From the NCBI GenBank assembly GCA_044342325.1, contig JBIIPZ010000036.1, positions 1 through 29,340 of the forward strand: a stretch of 29,340 nucleotides of DNA. Direction: 5' to 3'. The position numbers and the translations under genes are program-made. How positions within the stretch are numbered: position 1 is the first letter of the stretch; every line of letters starts with the position of its first letter. This DNA is from Terrimicrobiaceae bacterium. GTDB taxonomy: Bacteria > Verrucomicrobiota > Verrucomicrobiia > Chthoniobacterales > Terrimicrobiaceae. The notes under the pieces were generated by a model. That model was not told the origin of the DNA and ran no database searches. It was given only the letters and a program-made list of their open reading frames with translations. Below, piece by piece: positions 1-11,220 of this stretch.

Positions 1-96
1 CTCCCTGAACTAACAGAAACCAAACCAAGAAACACAAAAACAGCCACCTTCAGAAAAAGTCATCAGCCACTTTTACAGAAAAAAATTTGCGCGGCC
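1..96. mobile_element. Probable terminus of an insertion sequence inserted into hsdS (family uncertain)
   Basis: On the minus strand, HsdS-like coding sequence switches abruptly after ...GCAGATGCCGAAATT to GGCCGCGCAAATTTTTTTCTGTAAAAGT, followed by T-rich non-coding sequence. An imperfect subterminal repeat CAGCCAC..CAGAAAAA occurs at 41-58 and 64-83. The rest of the element would lie outside the window. Confidence 0.5.
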
Positions 97-453
97 AATT
101 TCGGCATCTGCATGAAGTAAGAAGTGGTATAGAAACCGAACATCCAATCTCGAAGGTTCTTTTACTGTGCATGAGTAGTTTAGGTTCCCGCGAAAGAATC
201 GCCCTGGCGTCCAAGTTATCAGGCCGACGCTACCTCGCGACGCAATTCCAATTGGGTCATTTTCTGTGTTGAAGTGGTCTACATAGCCGAGCGGTTCGCG
301 TCCGCTGTTGATTACTGGGTAGAAGCCAGGTCTATTAGCTATGACATTCTTGTTAATGTTTGGCCCAGTCTTGATGGCACAAACCTCCCCCAGCGCTTTC
401 CACTCCACCTCCACCCCATCTAGCAGCTTTTCCATGTAGCTTTGCTCACTCAT
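73..453 (-). pseudogene. hsdS: Type I restriction-modification specificity subunit, N-terminal fragment (about one TRD)
   Basis: The N-terminus [24 protein letters not shown] is the type IC HsdS conserved start. A TRD-like segment follows (..SRGSVG..RFLYHFL), but the ORF stops at 126 aa, before the conserved IPIP/LEEQ spacer. The start overlaps the upstream stop (ATGAGTGA). Confidence 0.85.
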
Positions 454-1459
454 GCTTGCCTCCCTTCTTGCGGCTTTCCTTTTTCGCCTTTTTTTCCAGT
501 GAGGAGATGGTTTTCAGGTAGTCCGTTTCAACCTGATCCAGAGTGATGGCTTTGTATCGTTGCAATTCCCGCTTGGCCTTCTCCTGAGCCCGGGTGGTGG
601 AGACCGTGCCGGCATTGTCGAGCAATCGGCGTCCGGTGGATTTCAAGATCGAGTCGAGTTCACGCACATAATCCGCCATGCGCATTTCGCGCTGTTCGAT
701 GGCGTTGAGTTCCGCCAGGTCGAAGTAGGCGGAAACGAGATTGTTCAGGACGCGGAGTTCCTGCTCACTGAGGTAGTTTTTCGCGATCATGGCCTCGGCC
801 TGGGTCGGCTGGCTGCCTTTGAAGGTGCTGAGTCCGGCGAAGGGCTTGGTGCCGTCCACGCGGAGGTAGATCACCTCGCTGGCGGTGTGGCCGTGGGCGG
901 CGTAGTGCAGCTTGTTTTGCACCATCTTGAAGAAATTCAGGCTCTCCTCACTGCTGGGATGGTAGTCGGTGGCGGTGGCGTAGAGGTCGAGGACTTGGCG
1001 ATACATCACTTTCTCGCTGGAGCGGATGTCGCGGATGCGGTCGAGCAGTTCTTTCCAGTAGTGGCCGCCACCCAGATTTTTCAGGCGCTCGTCATTCAAG
1101 GCGAAGCCTTTCTCCAGATACTCCTTTAATACCGTGGAGGCGTAGCGGCGGAACTCGACTCCGCGGGCGGAGCGCACGCGGTAGCCGACTGCCAGGATCA
1201 CGTCCAGATTGTAGAGGGTGAGGGTGCGCGAAACCTCCCGCACTCCCTCCTTTTGAACTGTCAACTGTTGGTTGACAGTTGCCCGCTCATCCAGCTCCTG
1301 ATCCTCGTATATAGCATTGATGTGCTTGCTGATGTTCTGTTTGGAAGTCTGGAACAGATCGGCGATTTGCTGCTGGGACAGCCACACCGTGCCATCCTGG
1401 AGCCGCAGATCGACCTGGGTTTTCCCATCCTCGGTGGTGTAGAGGATCACGTCGCTCAT
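446..1459 (-). CDS. RhuM-family (Virulence_RhuM) putative DNA-binding protein
   Basis: 337 aa with family motifs [66 protein letters not shown] and IAKNYL. Overlaps the hsdM stop (ATGA). Confidence 0.9.
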   Translation of the reverse strand: MSDVILYTTEDGKTQVDLRLQDGTVWLSQQQIADLFQTSKQNISKHINAIYEDQELDERATVNQQLTVQKEGVREVSRTLTLYNLDVILAVGYRVRSARGVEFRRYASTVLKEYLEKGFALNDERLKNLGGGHYWKELLDRIRDIRSSEKVMYRQVLDLYATATDYHPSSEESLNFFKMVQNKLHYAAHGHTASEVIYLRVDGTKPFAGLSTFKGSQPTQAEAMIAKNYLSEQELRVLNNLVSAYFDLAELNAIEQREMRMADYVRELDSILKSTGRRLLDNAGTVSTTRAQEKAKRELQRYKAITLDQVETDYLKTISSLEKKAKKESRKKGGKHE

Positions 1460-3012
1460 GCGCCGACCTCCTCGCCTTCGATTTCCGCTACAATGGCATC
1501 AATGTCCGCTCGCAGGCGGTCGATCTTGGCGACGGTGCTTGCCAGTTCCGCATTGAGCACGGCAATGTCCACCACTACGCGGTTGTCTTTCGCTTCGACA
1601 TAGGTGCTGACGGAGAGGTTGTAGTCCTTTTCGGCGACGGTGGTATGATCGACGGAGGCGGAAAAGTGGGGCACATTTTCCTTGCTGTCAAAGACCTCCA
1701 TGATCCGCTCGATGTGCTTATCCAGCAGGACATTGTTGTTTGTCTCCTTTTTGAAAAGGGCACTGGCGTCGATGAATTGGGTCTTGGTGTCGGGTTTGTG
1801 CTTGGAAAGCACGAGGATATTGACCGCGATGGTGGTGCCGAAGAAGAGATTGGGCGCGAGAGAGATGACAGTCTCCACATAGTTGTTGTCCACCAGATAT
1901 TTGCGGATTTTTTGCTCGGCACCGCCCCTGTAAAAAATGCCTGGGAAGCAGACGATGGCGGCGCGCCCTTTGGCGGAAAGGTAGCTGAGCGAGTGGAGGA
2001 CAAAGGCAAAGTCGGCCTTCGACTTCGGGGCAAGCACACCGGCGGGGGCAAATCGGTCATCGTTAATGAGCGTCGGGTCATCGCTGCCTATCCAACTCAA
2101 GGAATACGGCGGGTTGGAAACGATGGCATCGAAGGGCTTGTCGCCGAGGAAGTGGGGATCGGTGAGGGTGTTGCCGAGCTGGATGTTAAACTTGTCGTAG
2201 TTAATGTTGTGCAGGAACATATTCATCCGCGCCAGGTTGTAGGTGGTGTGGTTGATTTCCTGCCCAAAGAAGCCGTCCTCGATGATGTGGGCGTCGAAGT
2301 GTTTCTTGGCTTGGAGCAGCAGGGAGCCGGAACCAGCTGCGGGGTCGTAGATCTTGTTGACGCTCGTCTGCTTGTGCATGGCCAGTTGGGCTATGAGACA
2401 GGAGACATGCTGCGGAGAGAAGAACTCGCCACCGGATTTACCAGCATTGGCGGCATAGTTGGAGATGAGGAACTCGTAGGCATCTCCGAAGAGGTCGATT
2501 TGGCTGCCCTCGAAGTCGCCGAAATCGAGGCCACCCACGCCGGTGAGCACGGCAGCGAGGCGGAGGTTTTTGTCTTTGACCGTATTTCCCAGACGATTGC
2601 TGGTGGTGTCGAAGTCCGCAAACAACCCCTTTATGTCCTGCTCCGAGGGATAGCCGGTTGCGGAACTCTCGATGGCCGTAAAGTTGGCGGCGAGGTCGGT
2701 GTTCAGGCTCTCGTTGGTGTTCGCCGTGGCAAGGACCTTGGCAAAGAGCTGGCTCGGGAAGATGAAGTAGCCCTTGGTCTTGATGGCATCGTCCTTAATC
2801 TCTGGCGTGATGACGCTGTCGTCCAACTCCGCGTAGTGGATGTCTGGATCACCGGCCTCGATGTAGGCGGCGAAGTTTTCGCTGATGAAGCGGTAGAAGA
2901 GGGTCCCGAGGACATACTGCTTGAAGTCCCAGCCATCGACCGAGCCGCGGACGTCGTTGGCGATCTGCCAGATTTGCCGCTGTAGAGCGGCTCGTTGTTG
3001 GATGCTTGTCAT
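1456..3012 (-). CDS. hsdM: Type I restriction-modification methyltransferase subunit (type IC, EcoR124-like)
   Basis: 518 aa with [34 protein letters not shown]-binding [11 protein letters not shown] and catalytic NPPY. Confidence 0.97.
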   Translation of the reverse strand: MTSIQQRAALQRQIWQIANDVRGSVDGWDFKQYVLGTLFYRFISENFAAYIEAGDPDIHYAELDDSVITPEIKDDAIKTKGYFIFPSQLFAKVLATANTNESLNTDLAANFTAIESSATGYPSEQDIKGLFADFDTTSNRLGNTVKDKNLRLAAVLTGVGGLDFGDFEGSQIDLFGDAYEFLISNYAANAGKSGGEFFSPQHVSCLIAQLAMHKQTSVNKIYDPAAGSGSLLLQAKKHFDAHIIEDGFFGQEINHTTYNLARMNMFLHNINYDKFNIQLGNTLTDPHFLGDKPFDAIVSNPPYSLSWIGSDDPTLINDDRFAPAGVLAPKSKADFAFVLHSLSYLSAKGRAAIVCFPGIFYRGGAEQKIRKYLVDNNYVETVISLAPNLFFGTTIAVNILVLSKHKPDTKTQFIDASALFKKETNNNVLLDKHIERIMEVFDSKENVPHFSASVDHTTVAEKDYNLSVSTYVEAKDNRVVVDIAVLNAELASTVAKIDRLRADIDAIVAEIEGEEVGA

Positions 3013-3500
3013 TGTTTATTCGTTGAAGAAATTTTCAGTCAGCCTCTTTCCATGAGCGGCAGTTGTAAAAGGTGTCATGCATTAACTATTGATAATTAAT
3101 AATCTGCAATTCGCTTTCAGTATAAAAATCGCTTATTATTGTGCATGGGATTTTCGATTCAGAAAGCATTTTTTGACAAGATTACAGGCTTTTTAGTGTG
3201 GGGGTAAGTGGCGGAGCCGCCGCAGTGGTCCGCATTCGCGGCTACGGCGTGACAAGGGAAGGCAAATTTTGGATGATGGATTGTGGGTGGGGCTAATTTT
3301 GAACGATGGTAGGCATGCGTCTTAATTATTCGCCGACTTGCGCGTTGACTGGTGCTGTGAATCGGGGATGTATCCCATCGCACTCAACGCCGCTTTGCGG
3401 CTGAGAAATGGGTCATGCGAGACGATGACCCTCCCGTTGGACGGCGCGCTGCTGCGCGGTTTTTGTGAAGTGGGGGTGTGGCTCGTTTTCTTCGATGCAC

Positions 3501-3537
3501 AAAAAAACCGCCCGCGGTCTTGCGACGCGCGGGCGGT
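3501..3537 (-). terminator. Rho-independent terminator of ppdK
   Basis: Minus strand reads ACCGCCCGCG-C-GTC-GCAA-GAC-CGCGGGCGGT followed by a T run, starting about 20 nt after the ppdK stop. Confidence 0.9.
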
Positions 3538-3556
3538 GGGATTTTCGGGAAACCTT

Positions 3557-6307
3557 TTACTTGGTTTCTTCGAGGGCGGCCTGGGCGGCTGCGAGGCGTG
3601 CCACGGGGACGCGGAACGGTGAGCAGCTCACGTAGTTGAGGCCGATCTGGTGGCAGAACTTGACGGAGTCGGGGTCTCCACCGTGTTCGCCGCAGATGCC
3701 GAGTTTGATGTCTTTCTTGGTTTTGCGGCCTTTTTCGATGGCGATCTTCATGAGTTCGCCGACGCCGGTTTGGTCGAGGCTGGCGAATGGGTTTTTCTTG
3801 AAGACTTCGTTCTCGGTGTAGGCGCCGAGGAAGGCTCCCATGTCGTCGCGGCTGATGCCGAGAGCGGTCTGGGTGAGGTCGTTTGTTCCGAAGCTGAAGA
3901 ATTGCGCGGTTTGCGCGATTTCGTCAGCGGTGATGGCGCCACGAGGCACTTCGATCATGGTTCCGACGAGGTAGTCGAATTTGATCTTCTTCTCGGCCAT
4001 GACTTCCTTGGCGACGCGGTGAACGATTTCGACTTGGAGGTCGAGTTCCTTCTTGAAGCCGACGAGCGGGATCATGACTTCGGGCTTCACTTTGATCTTC
4101 TTCTTGGCCACATCGGCGGCGGCTTCGAAGATGGCGCGGGCCTGCATTTCGGTGATCTCGGGGTAGGCGATGCCGAGGCGGCAACCGCGGTGGCCGAGCA
4201 TCGGGTTCGCTTCGTGGAGGCTGTGCACGCGCTGGATGATGGTTTCCACCTTCATGCCGATGCTGCGGGCGAGGTCCATTTGCTGCTCTTTGGTGTGCGG
4301 CAGGAACTCGTGGAGCGGCGGGTCGAGGAGGCGGATGGTGGCCGGGAAGCCTTTGAGGGCTTTGAAGATGCCGGTGAAGTCGGCGCGCTGGTAGGGCAGG
4401 AGCTTGGCCAGGGCGGCGCGGCGGCTGTCCTCGTCGGTGGCAAGAATCATCTCGCGCATGGCGTCGATGCGGTTTCCCTCGAAGAACATGTGCTCGGTGC
4501 GGGTGAGGCCGATGCCGGTTGCGCCAAAGGCGATGGCGTTTTCAGTCTGCTCGGGTGTGTCGGCATTGGTGCGGACATCGAGCTTGGTGACTTTTGAGCA
4601 CCAATCCATGAGCTGCTTGAAGTTTTTAACCTTCTCGGTTTTGAGAGCGGCTTTATTGCCTTCGATGAGACCGGTGATGATCTCGGAGGGCGAGGTTTTG
4701 AGCTGACCGGCGTAGACGCTGCCGGCGGTGCCGTCGATCGAGAGGAAGTCGCCTTCCTTGAAGACTTCGCCTTTCACGGTGACCGTGCGGGCGTTGTAGT
4801 CGATCTCGAGGGCTGCGGCGCCGCAGATGCAAACCTTGCCCATCTGGCGGGCAACGAGAGCTGCGTGCGAGGAGACGCCGCCTTTTGCAGTGAGGATGCC
4901 TTCGGCGGCGATCATGCCACGGAGGTCTTCGGGCGATGTCTCGGTGCGGACGAGCAGGACTTTTTCACCTTTCTCGGCGGCTTCGACTGCGCGCTCGGCG
5001 TTCATGTAGATTTTGCCGGAAGCAGCGCCTGGGCCGGCGGGAAGACCGGTGGCGATGACTTTGGCTTTCTTGGCTTCGGCGATGTCGAACACCGGAGCGA
5101 GGAGCTGGTCGAGCTGGTCGGCGGGGTTGCGGAGGATCGCGGTCTTCCAGTCGATGAGTTTCTCTTTCACCATGTCCATCGAGAACTTGAGCGCGGCCAT
5201 GGCGGTGCGCTTGCCGTTGCGGGTTTGGAGCATGAACAGTTTGCCTTCCTGCACGGTGAACTCCACATCCTGCACATCCTTGTAGTGTTTTTCCAGGATG
5301 GCGCGGACTTTCATGAGCTCGGCATACGACTTCGGCATCGCTTTCTGGAGCTTGCTGACTGGCTCTGGTGTGCGCACGCCGGCGACGACATCTTCACCTT
5401 GGGCGTTGATGAGGAATTCGCCGTAGAATTCGTTGGCGCCATTGGCCGGGTTGCGGGTGAATGCCACGCCGGAACCTGAGGTTTCGCCGGTATTGCCGAA
5501 CACCATAGCCTGCACGTTCACAGCGGTGCCCCATGCGGCTGGGATGTTGTATTTGCGGCGATAGACGATCGCACGGTCGTTCATCCAGGAACTGAAAACG
5601 GCTCCGACAGCACCTTTAAGCTGATCCCAAGGATTGGCGGGGAAGGTTTTTCCGGTGCGGGTTTTGACGAGTTCTTTGAAGAGTTTGACGAGTTCCTTTT
5701 GGTCTTCGGCAGTGAGCTCGCTGTCCACAATTTCCGAGTGGTATTTCGCGTGTTTGAATTCGTGGATGACGGTTTCGAATGGCTCGTGGTCTTCGCCTTC
5801 GCGCTTTTGAACTCCGAGCACGACATCGCCATACATTTGGACGAAGCGGCGGTAGCAATCCCATGCGAAGCGCTCGTTTTTGGTGGCCGTGGCGAGGGCC
5901 TTAACGGTCTCGTCGTTGAGGCCGAGGTTGAGGATCGTATCCATCATGCCCGGCATCGAGTCGCGGGCACCGGAGCGCACGGCTACGAGGAGCGGGAAGC
6001 CCTTGGCATCGCCGAATTTCGTGCCCATGATTTTTTCCATGTTGCGCACGCCGGCTTCCATCTGGGACTGAAGTTCCTTCGGATAGGTCTTTTTGTTGTC
6101 GTAGAAATAAGTGCAGACCTCTGTGGTGATCGTGAATCCGGGAGGCACTGGGAGGCCGATGCGGGTCATCTCGGCGAGGTTGGCTCCTTTGCCGCCGAGG
6201 AGGGATTTCATTTTTCCGTCGCCGTCGGCTTTTGCGGCTCCGAATGTGTAAACGTATTTGCCCTTTTTCGGGGCTGCGCTGTTAGTGGACTTGGTGGTTT
6301 TTGCCAT
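3557..6307 (-). CDS. ppdK: Pyruvate phosphate dikinase
   Basis: Motifs [27 protein letters not shown], phospho-His [22 protein letters not shown] and [10 protein letters not shown]. Start placed at ATG 6307 (MAKTTK), downstream of a predicted promoter, rather than the upstream in-frame start at 6331. Confidence 0.97.
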   Translation of the reverse strand: MAKTTKSTNSAAPKKGKYVYTFGAAKADGDGKMKSLLGGKGANLAEMTRIGLPVPPGFTITTEVCTYFYDNKKTYPKELQSQMEAGVRNMEKIMGTKFGDAKGFPLLVAVRSGARDSMPGMMDTILNLGLNDETVKALATATKNERFAWDCYRRFVQMYGDVVLGVQKREGEDHEPFETVIHEFKHAKYHSEIVDSELTAEDQKELVKLFKELVKTRTGKTFPANPWDQLKGAVGAVFSSWMNDRAIVYRRKYNIPAAWGTAVNVQAMVFGNTGETSGSGVAFTRNPANGANEFYGEFLINAQGEDVVAGVRTPEPVSKLQKAMPKSYAELMKVRAILEKHYKDVQDVEFTVQEGKLFMLQTRNGKRTAMAALKFSMDMVKEKLIDWKTAILRNPADQLDQLLAPVFDIAEAKKAKVIATGLPAGPGAASGKIYMNAERAVEAAEKGEKVLLVRTETSPEDLRGMIAAEGILTAKGGVSSHAALVARQMGKVCICGAAALEIDYNARTVTVKGEVFKEGDFLSIDGTAGSVYAGQLKTSPSEIITGLIEGNKAALKTEKVKNFKQLMDWCSKVTKLDVRTNADTPEQTENAIAFGATGIGLTRTEHMFFEGNRIDAMREMILATDEDSRRAALAKLLPYQRADFTGIFKALKGFPATIRLLDPPLHEFLPHTKEQQMDLARSIGMKVETIIQRVHSLHEANPMLGHRGCRLGIAYPEITEMQARAIFEAAADVAKKKIKVKPEVMIPLVGFKKELDLQVEIVHRVAKEVMAEKKIKFDYLVGTMIEVPRGAITADEIAQTAQFFSFGTNDLTQTALGISRDDMGAFLGAYTENEVFKKNPFASLDQTGVGELMKIAIEKGRKTKKDIKLGICGEHGGDPDSVKFCHQIGLNYVSCSPFRVPVARLAAAQAALEETK

Positions 6308-6321
6308 AAAATGGGACGGAA

Positions 6322-6349
6322 GGTTTAGCAAATGGTTTCATGCTGTCAA
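6322..6349 (-). promoter_or_regulatory. Putative sigma70 promoter of ppdK
   Basis: Minus strand has TTGACA (6349-6344), 16 nt ending in TGc, then TAAACC (6327-6322), 14 nt upstream of the ATG. Confidence 0.55.
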
Positions 6350-6375
6350 CGCGATGCGTGCTGTGAATTTGGAAT

Positions 6376-6393
6376 TTGTGAACATTTTCAAAA
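6376..6393. promoter_or_regulatory. Palindromic CRP/Rex-like operator between divergent ppdK and ROK genes
   Basis: TTGTGAACATTTTCAAAA is one mismatch from TTGTGAA-N4-TTCACAA and from TGTGA-N6-TCACA. Confidence 0.5.
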
Positions 6394-6445
6394 TTGGCAT
6401 TTCTTTTCGCTCGGCATTGGATAAAAAGCGCGACCCCACCATCCC

Positions 6446-7483
6446 ATGAAAACCATCTTTATCGGCACGGACAGCGGCGCAACCACCTCGAAGACCTGCG
6501 GGGTTTACGAAGACGGCACGCCGGTCACCTTGAATCTCGCGCAGAGTTCCACAAACTCTCAACTCGGCACCAAGGCCGTGGTCGATGGATGGATCGAGGG
6601 CGTGGAAAAATTTCTCGCGGAAAACAGTCTCGCTTGGGAGCAGGTGAGGGGAGTTGGGCTTGCGATTCCCGGGCCCTACCTCGCTTATGGCGTGCTGGAT
6701 CGCACAGCGAATCTCCCTGCGAGCTTCGAGGGTTGGAATTTTGTTGCCGATTATTCGGCCGCCATCGAAAGCCGCGCTGGCCGAAAAATCCCGCTCGTGG
6801 CGGGAAACGACGGCAACTACGGCGGCGTCGCCGAGGCTGCGAAAGTGCGCGGCGACAAAAAAGCGGGCGTCATCATGCTCGCGCCGGGTTCCGGTCTGGG
6901 GGCCGCCTACATCAGTCCTGAAGGCCTGCCGCTCGAAGGCGACACGCTGGCCGGCATGGAGGCGGGTCACATGCCTTCGCCGCTGCATTTGCTTGGGCTG
7001 CCTGTATTCAAATGCGGCTGTGGTCGTGACTGGGGCTGCGTGGAAGCCTATGCCAGCATTTCGGGACTGGCTCAGTATCTGGAATATCTCCTGCCGAAGT
7101 ATCCCGACCATGAGTTCCACCGCTCCGACAAGCCGCTGAAGGAAAAAACGCTTTCGCTCCGCACTCTCGCACAAAATGGCGATGCCTTGGCGCTCGAGAT
7201 TTTCGATTTTCAAGCCAAGGCGCTGGGAATCCATGTGGCGAATCTTTCCATGGCGTTGGATGCCGAGTTTGTGGTGATCGGCGGGGGACTCATCGACCCG
7301 CATTCGACGACCGAGGCGTTCAGGGATCGATACCTCGGCGGAATCCGGGCCGCCGCCGAACCTTGGCTTTTCCCTGTGCAGCGCCGCACCATGAAAATCG
7401 TTCCGGCGACCATGGGCGAGCTTTCGCAGGCGGTCGGAGCGGCGCTCGTCGCACTCTACACCTCGCGCAAAAACGCGGCCTGA
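6446..7483 (+). CDS. ROK-family sugar kinase (glucokinase-like)
   Basis: N-terminal IGTDSGAT phosphate loop, GVGLAIPG, NDGNYGGVAE, GSGLG, EAGH and Zn motif CGCGRDWGCVEAY. No HTH domain. Confidence 0.88.
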   Translation: MKTIFIGTDSGATTSKTCGVYEDGTPVTLNLAQSSTNSQLGTKAVVDGWIEGVEKFLAENSLAWEQVRGVGLAIPGPYLAYGVLDRTANLPASFEGWNFVADYSAAIESRAGRKIPLVAGNDGNYGGVAEAAKVRGDKKAGVIMLAPGSGLGAAYISPEGLPLEGDTLAGMEAGHMPSPLHLLGLPVFKCGCGRDWGCVEAYASISGLAQYLEYLLPKYPDHEFHRSDKPLKEKTLSLRTLAQNGDALALEIFDFQAKALGIHVANLSMALDAEFVVIGGGLIDPHSTTEAFRDRYLGGIRAAAEPWLFPVQRRTMKIVPATMGELSQAVGAALVALYTSRKNAA

Positions 7484-7509
7484 AGCCATCCAAAAGTCGC
7501 CGCGCTTGA

Positions 7510-8646
<1,137 letters not shown>

Positions 8647-8781
8647 AAAAACTAAATCTTGACGCCAGTCTCGATCAAAATGAATCATCCCCTACTAACC
8701 AATATTTTGGCGCATCACCTGTCGCCGAAGGCTGTTCTGCCTTCCTCGGCCGGCCGCTCCATCAACTTTCCATAACATTCG

Positions 8782-9819
8782 ATGTTTGATAATCTTCTGG
8801 GACTCTTTTCAAGCGACATAGGCATTGATCTGGGGACCGCCAACACCCTGGTCTTTGTGAAAGACCAAGGTATCGTTCTGCGTGAACCCTCCGTCGTGGC
8901 TGTGCAGCAGGGAACAAACCGCGTCTTAGCCGTCGGCAATGAGGCGAAGCGAATGCTGGGCCGCACACCTGGGAACATCGTCGCCATTCGTCCCCTGAAG
9001 GACGGCGTGATCGCGGATTTCGAGATCACAGAAGCCATGCTGCGCCACTTCATCAGCAAAGTGCACAACCGCCGTCGCATGGTTCGTCCGCGCGTGGTTG
9101 TCGCTGTGCCGAGTGGTATTACGGAGGTCGAAAAACGGGCCGTGAAAGACTCCGCCACCCATGCCGGTGCGCGCGAGGTTTATCTCATCGAAGAACCCAT
9201 GGCGGCAGCCATCGGCGTTGGGCTTCCTGTCCAAGATGCTGCCGGCAATATGATCGTGGATATCGGCGGTGGCACGACAGAAGTCGCGCTCATTTCGCTG
9301 TCGGGAATTGTCTTTAGCCGCAGCGTCCGCGTGGCGGGCGATGAACTGGACGAAGCCATCACGAACTACATGAAGCGCGCCTACAATCTCATGATCGGTG
9401 AGCGCACAGCCGAGGAGATCAAGATCAAGATTGGCTCCGCCTACAAACTGGAAAAAGAAGTCGGCCTCGAAGTGAAAGGGCGCGATCTTGTCGCAGGTCT
9501 TCCGAAAACCATTTCGATATCCTCACAAGAAATCCGTGAGGCCCTCATGGAGCCTCTCTCCACCATTGTGGATTCCGTTCGCATTACACTCGAGCGCTGC
9601 CCTCCCGAGTTGTCCGCCGACCTCGTCGATCGCGGCCTTGTGCTCGCCGGCGGCGGAGCGCTTCTGCGTGGGCTCGACCGACTCATTGCCGAGGCGACCG
9701 GGCTTCCTGTGCATGTCGCGGAAGATCCTCTCAGCGCCGTGGCCGAAGGCACGGGTCGCGCTCTCTCCGAGTTGAAATTCCTCAAAGCTGTCTCGGCAGA
9801 GCGTCCGCACGGGCGTTAA
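8782..9819 (+). CDS. mreB: Rod shape-determining actin MreB
   Basis: Motifs [42 protein letters not shown] and LAGGGALL. N-terminal amphipathic [10 protein letters not shown]. Confidence 0.98.
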   Translation: MFDNLLGLFSSDIGIDLGTANTLVFVKDQGIVLREPSVVAVQQGTNRVLAVGNEAKRMLGRTPGNIVAIRPLKDGVIADFEITEAMLRHFISKVHNRRRMVRPRVVVAVPSGITEVEKRAVKDSATHAGAREVYLIEEPMAAAIGVGLPVQDAAGNMIVDIGGGTTEVALISLSGIVFSRSVRVAGDELDEAITNYMKRAYNLMIGERTAEEIKIKIGSAYKLEKEVGLEVKGRDLVAGLPKTISISSQEIREALMEPLSTIVDSVRITLERCPPELSADLVDRGLVLAGGGALLRGLDRLIAEATGLPVHVAEDPLSAVAEGTGRALSELKFLKAVSAERPHGR

Positions 9820-9859
9820 CCGGATTCAATCGGGTGGAAGTTGAACTTCCTCTTTTTCG

Positions 9860-10669
9860 ATGAACAGACTCAACATGGCGCTGGTGGTGGCAGTCTTGGC
9901 TGTGGCGATTTATTTTTCCACGATCTCGCCGGGCGCCATGCAGGCGATGCAATCGACTTTCATGTCGTTGCTCTCACCTTTTCTCCGCACCGGCAGCGCC
10001 GTGCAGGAAAATATCGGCTCCGTCGGCCGCCGTCTGCAAACGCTCGATGAACTGGAGGTAGAAAATAAAAAACTCTCCGTCGAAAACCGCGAACTCCGCG
10101 CCGAAAATAACCTCCTTAACGAACTCGATGCGGAGAACAACCGCCTCCGCATGGCCCTTGATTTCCGCGAGCGCTCGAGCTTCAAGCTCATGCCGGCCCG
10201 CATCATCTCGAGGGAGTCCTCGACTTGGTGGAATACGATTCGGGTCAATCGCGGATTTGAGGACGGCGTCGAAGCAGATATGCCCGTGGTTACCGACCTG
10301 GGCGTTGTAGGAAAAACCACCACGGTTTCGAAAAATGAAGCCATCGTTGTCCTGATCACCGATGAAACCTGCCGCATCGCAGCCAAGATCGACGGCACAC
10401 GCGAGCAGGGGATCATTACCGGCCTCCGCATTCAGGAAAAAGCCGCCGAAGGCTTGTTGCAGATGAATTTTCTCTCCAAGAGTGCGAAGATTTCACCTGC
10501 CCAGCAGGTGCTCACCGCAGGCGTCGCGCATGGGTCTTTTCCTCCGGGTCTGGTGATTGGACGCATCAAGGAATTTCGCCTCCGCGCCCTCGATGGCCAG
10601 GCTATCGTCGAGCCGGCGGTGAACCTCGCCTCGGTGGAGGATGTGTTTGTGCTCATCGGCAAAAAATGA
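9860..10669 (+). CDS. mreC: Rod shape-determining protein MreC
   Basis: N-terminal TM helix, coiled coil (ENKKL..ENNRLRMAL), ARIISR, VNRGFEDGV, FPPGLVIG and VEDVFV. Lies directly after mreB. Confidence 0.93.
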   Translation: MNRLNMALVVAVLAVAIYFSTISPGAMQAMQSTFMSLLSPFLRTGSAVQENIGSVGRRLQTLDELEVENKKLSVENRELRAENNLLNELDAENNRLRMALDFRERSSFKLMPARIISRESSTWWNTIRVNRGFEDGVEADMPVVTDLGVVGKTTTVSKNEAIVVLITDETCRIAAKIDGTREQGIITGLRIQEKAAEGLLQMNFLSKSAKISPAQQVLTAGVAHGSFPPGLVIGRIKEFRLRALDGQAIVEPAVNLASVEDVFVLIGKK

Positions 10670-11220
10670 ACAAAACCCTCATCGATCTGGCAGCTTTGTT
10701 CGCGGGAGTTGTTCTGGCATTCATCATCCAGGACGCGCTTCCGCCTATGACGGATCTTCACGGTGCCCATGTTTTGCTGGTGCCCATGGTTTTTTGTTTT
10801 GCCGCCATGGTGATGCCTTTTGCGGCAATGCTAGTAGCGGCGTTCTACACCGGCTTTCTTAGCGACCTCATGTATCTGCATGTGGTCGGTGGAAAGGTTG
10901 AAATTCCTCTTGGCTCGTCTATCGTTTTTTTTGTGATTCTCGGGAGCATCGCCAGTGGATTCCAGCCAGCCATGAAGAGCCGCAATGTTTGGCCCTTTGT
11001 GGTGATCAGTGGTATCGGAACCTCTGCCTACCTGTTTCTTCAATTTTTAACCATTACCTTGCAACGCGGCGGCTTCCTCTGGGAACCCGCCGTGTCATGG
11101 CGCATCCTCGCGCCAGGCCTCATGGCCGCGCTCATTGCACCTCTGTTCTACTGGACTCTGTCGCAAATGGACCGCTTAATCCCTGATGGCTCGCGTAAAA
11201 TGAGACCCATCAACAGATGA
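10666..11220 (+). CDS. mreD: Probable MreD (divergent polytopic membrane protein)
   Basis: 184 aa with about 5 hydrophobic segments and a GFLSDL motif. ATGA overlaps with both mreC and mrdA. The call rests largely on synteny. Confidence 0.72.
   Translation: MNKTLIDLAALFAGVVLAFIIQDALPPMTDLHGAHVLLVPMVFCFAAMVMPFAAMLVAAFYTGFLSDLMYLHVVGGKVEIPLGSSIVFFVILGSIASGFQPAMKSRNVWPFVVISGIGTSAYLFLQFLTITLQRGGFLWEPAVSWRILAPGLMAALIAPLFYWTLSQMDRLIPDGSRKMRPINR

Noticed and set aside
3159..3622. Short ORFs 3159-3383 (-) and 3338-3622 (+)
   Set aside because: No motifs or convincing start. The second runs through the ppdK terminator and the ppdK 3' end.
8659..8690. TTGACG as the mreB -35 element
   Set aside because: No convincing -10 at 16-18 nt spacing, so a promoter is plausible but not supportable.
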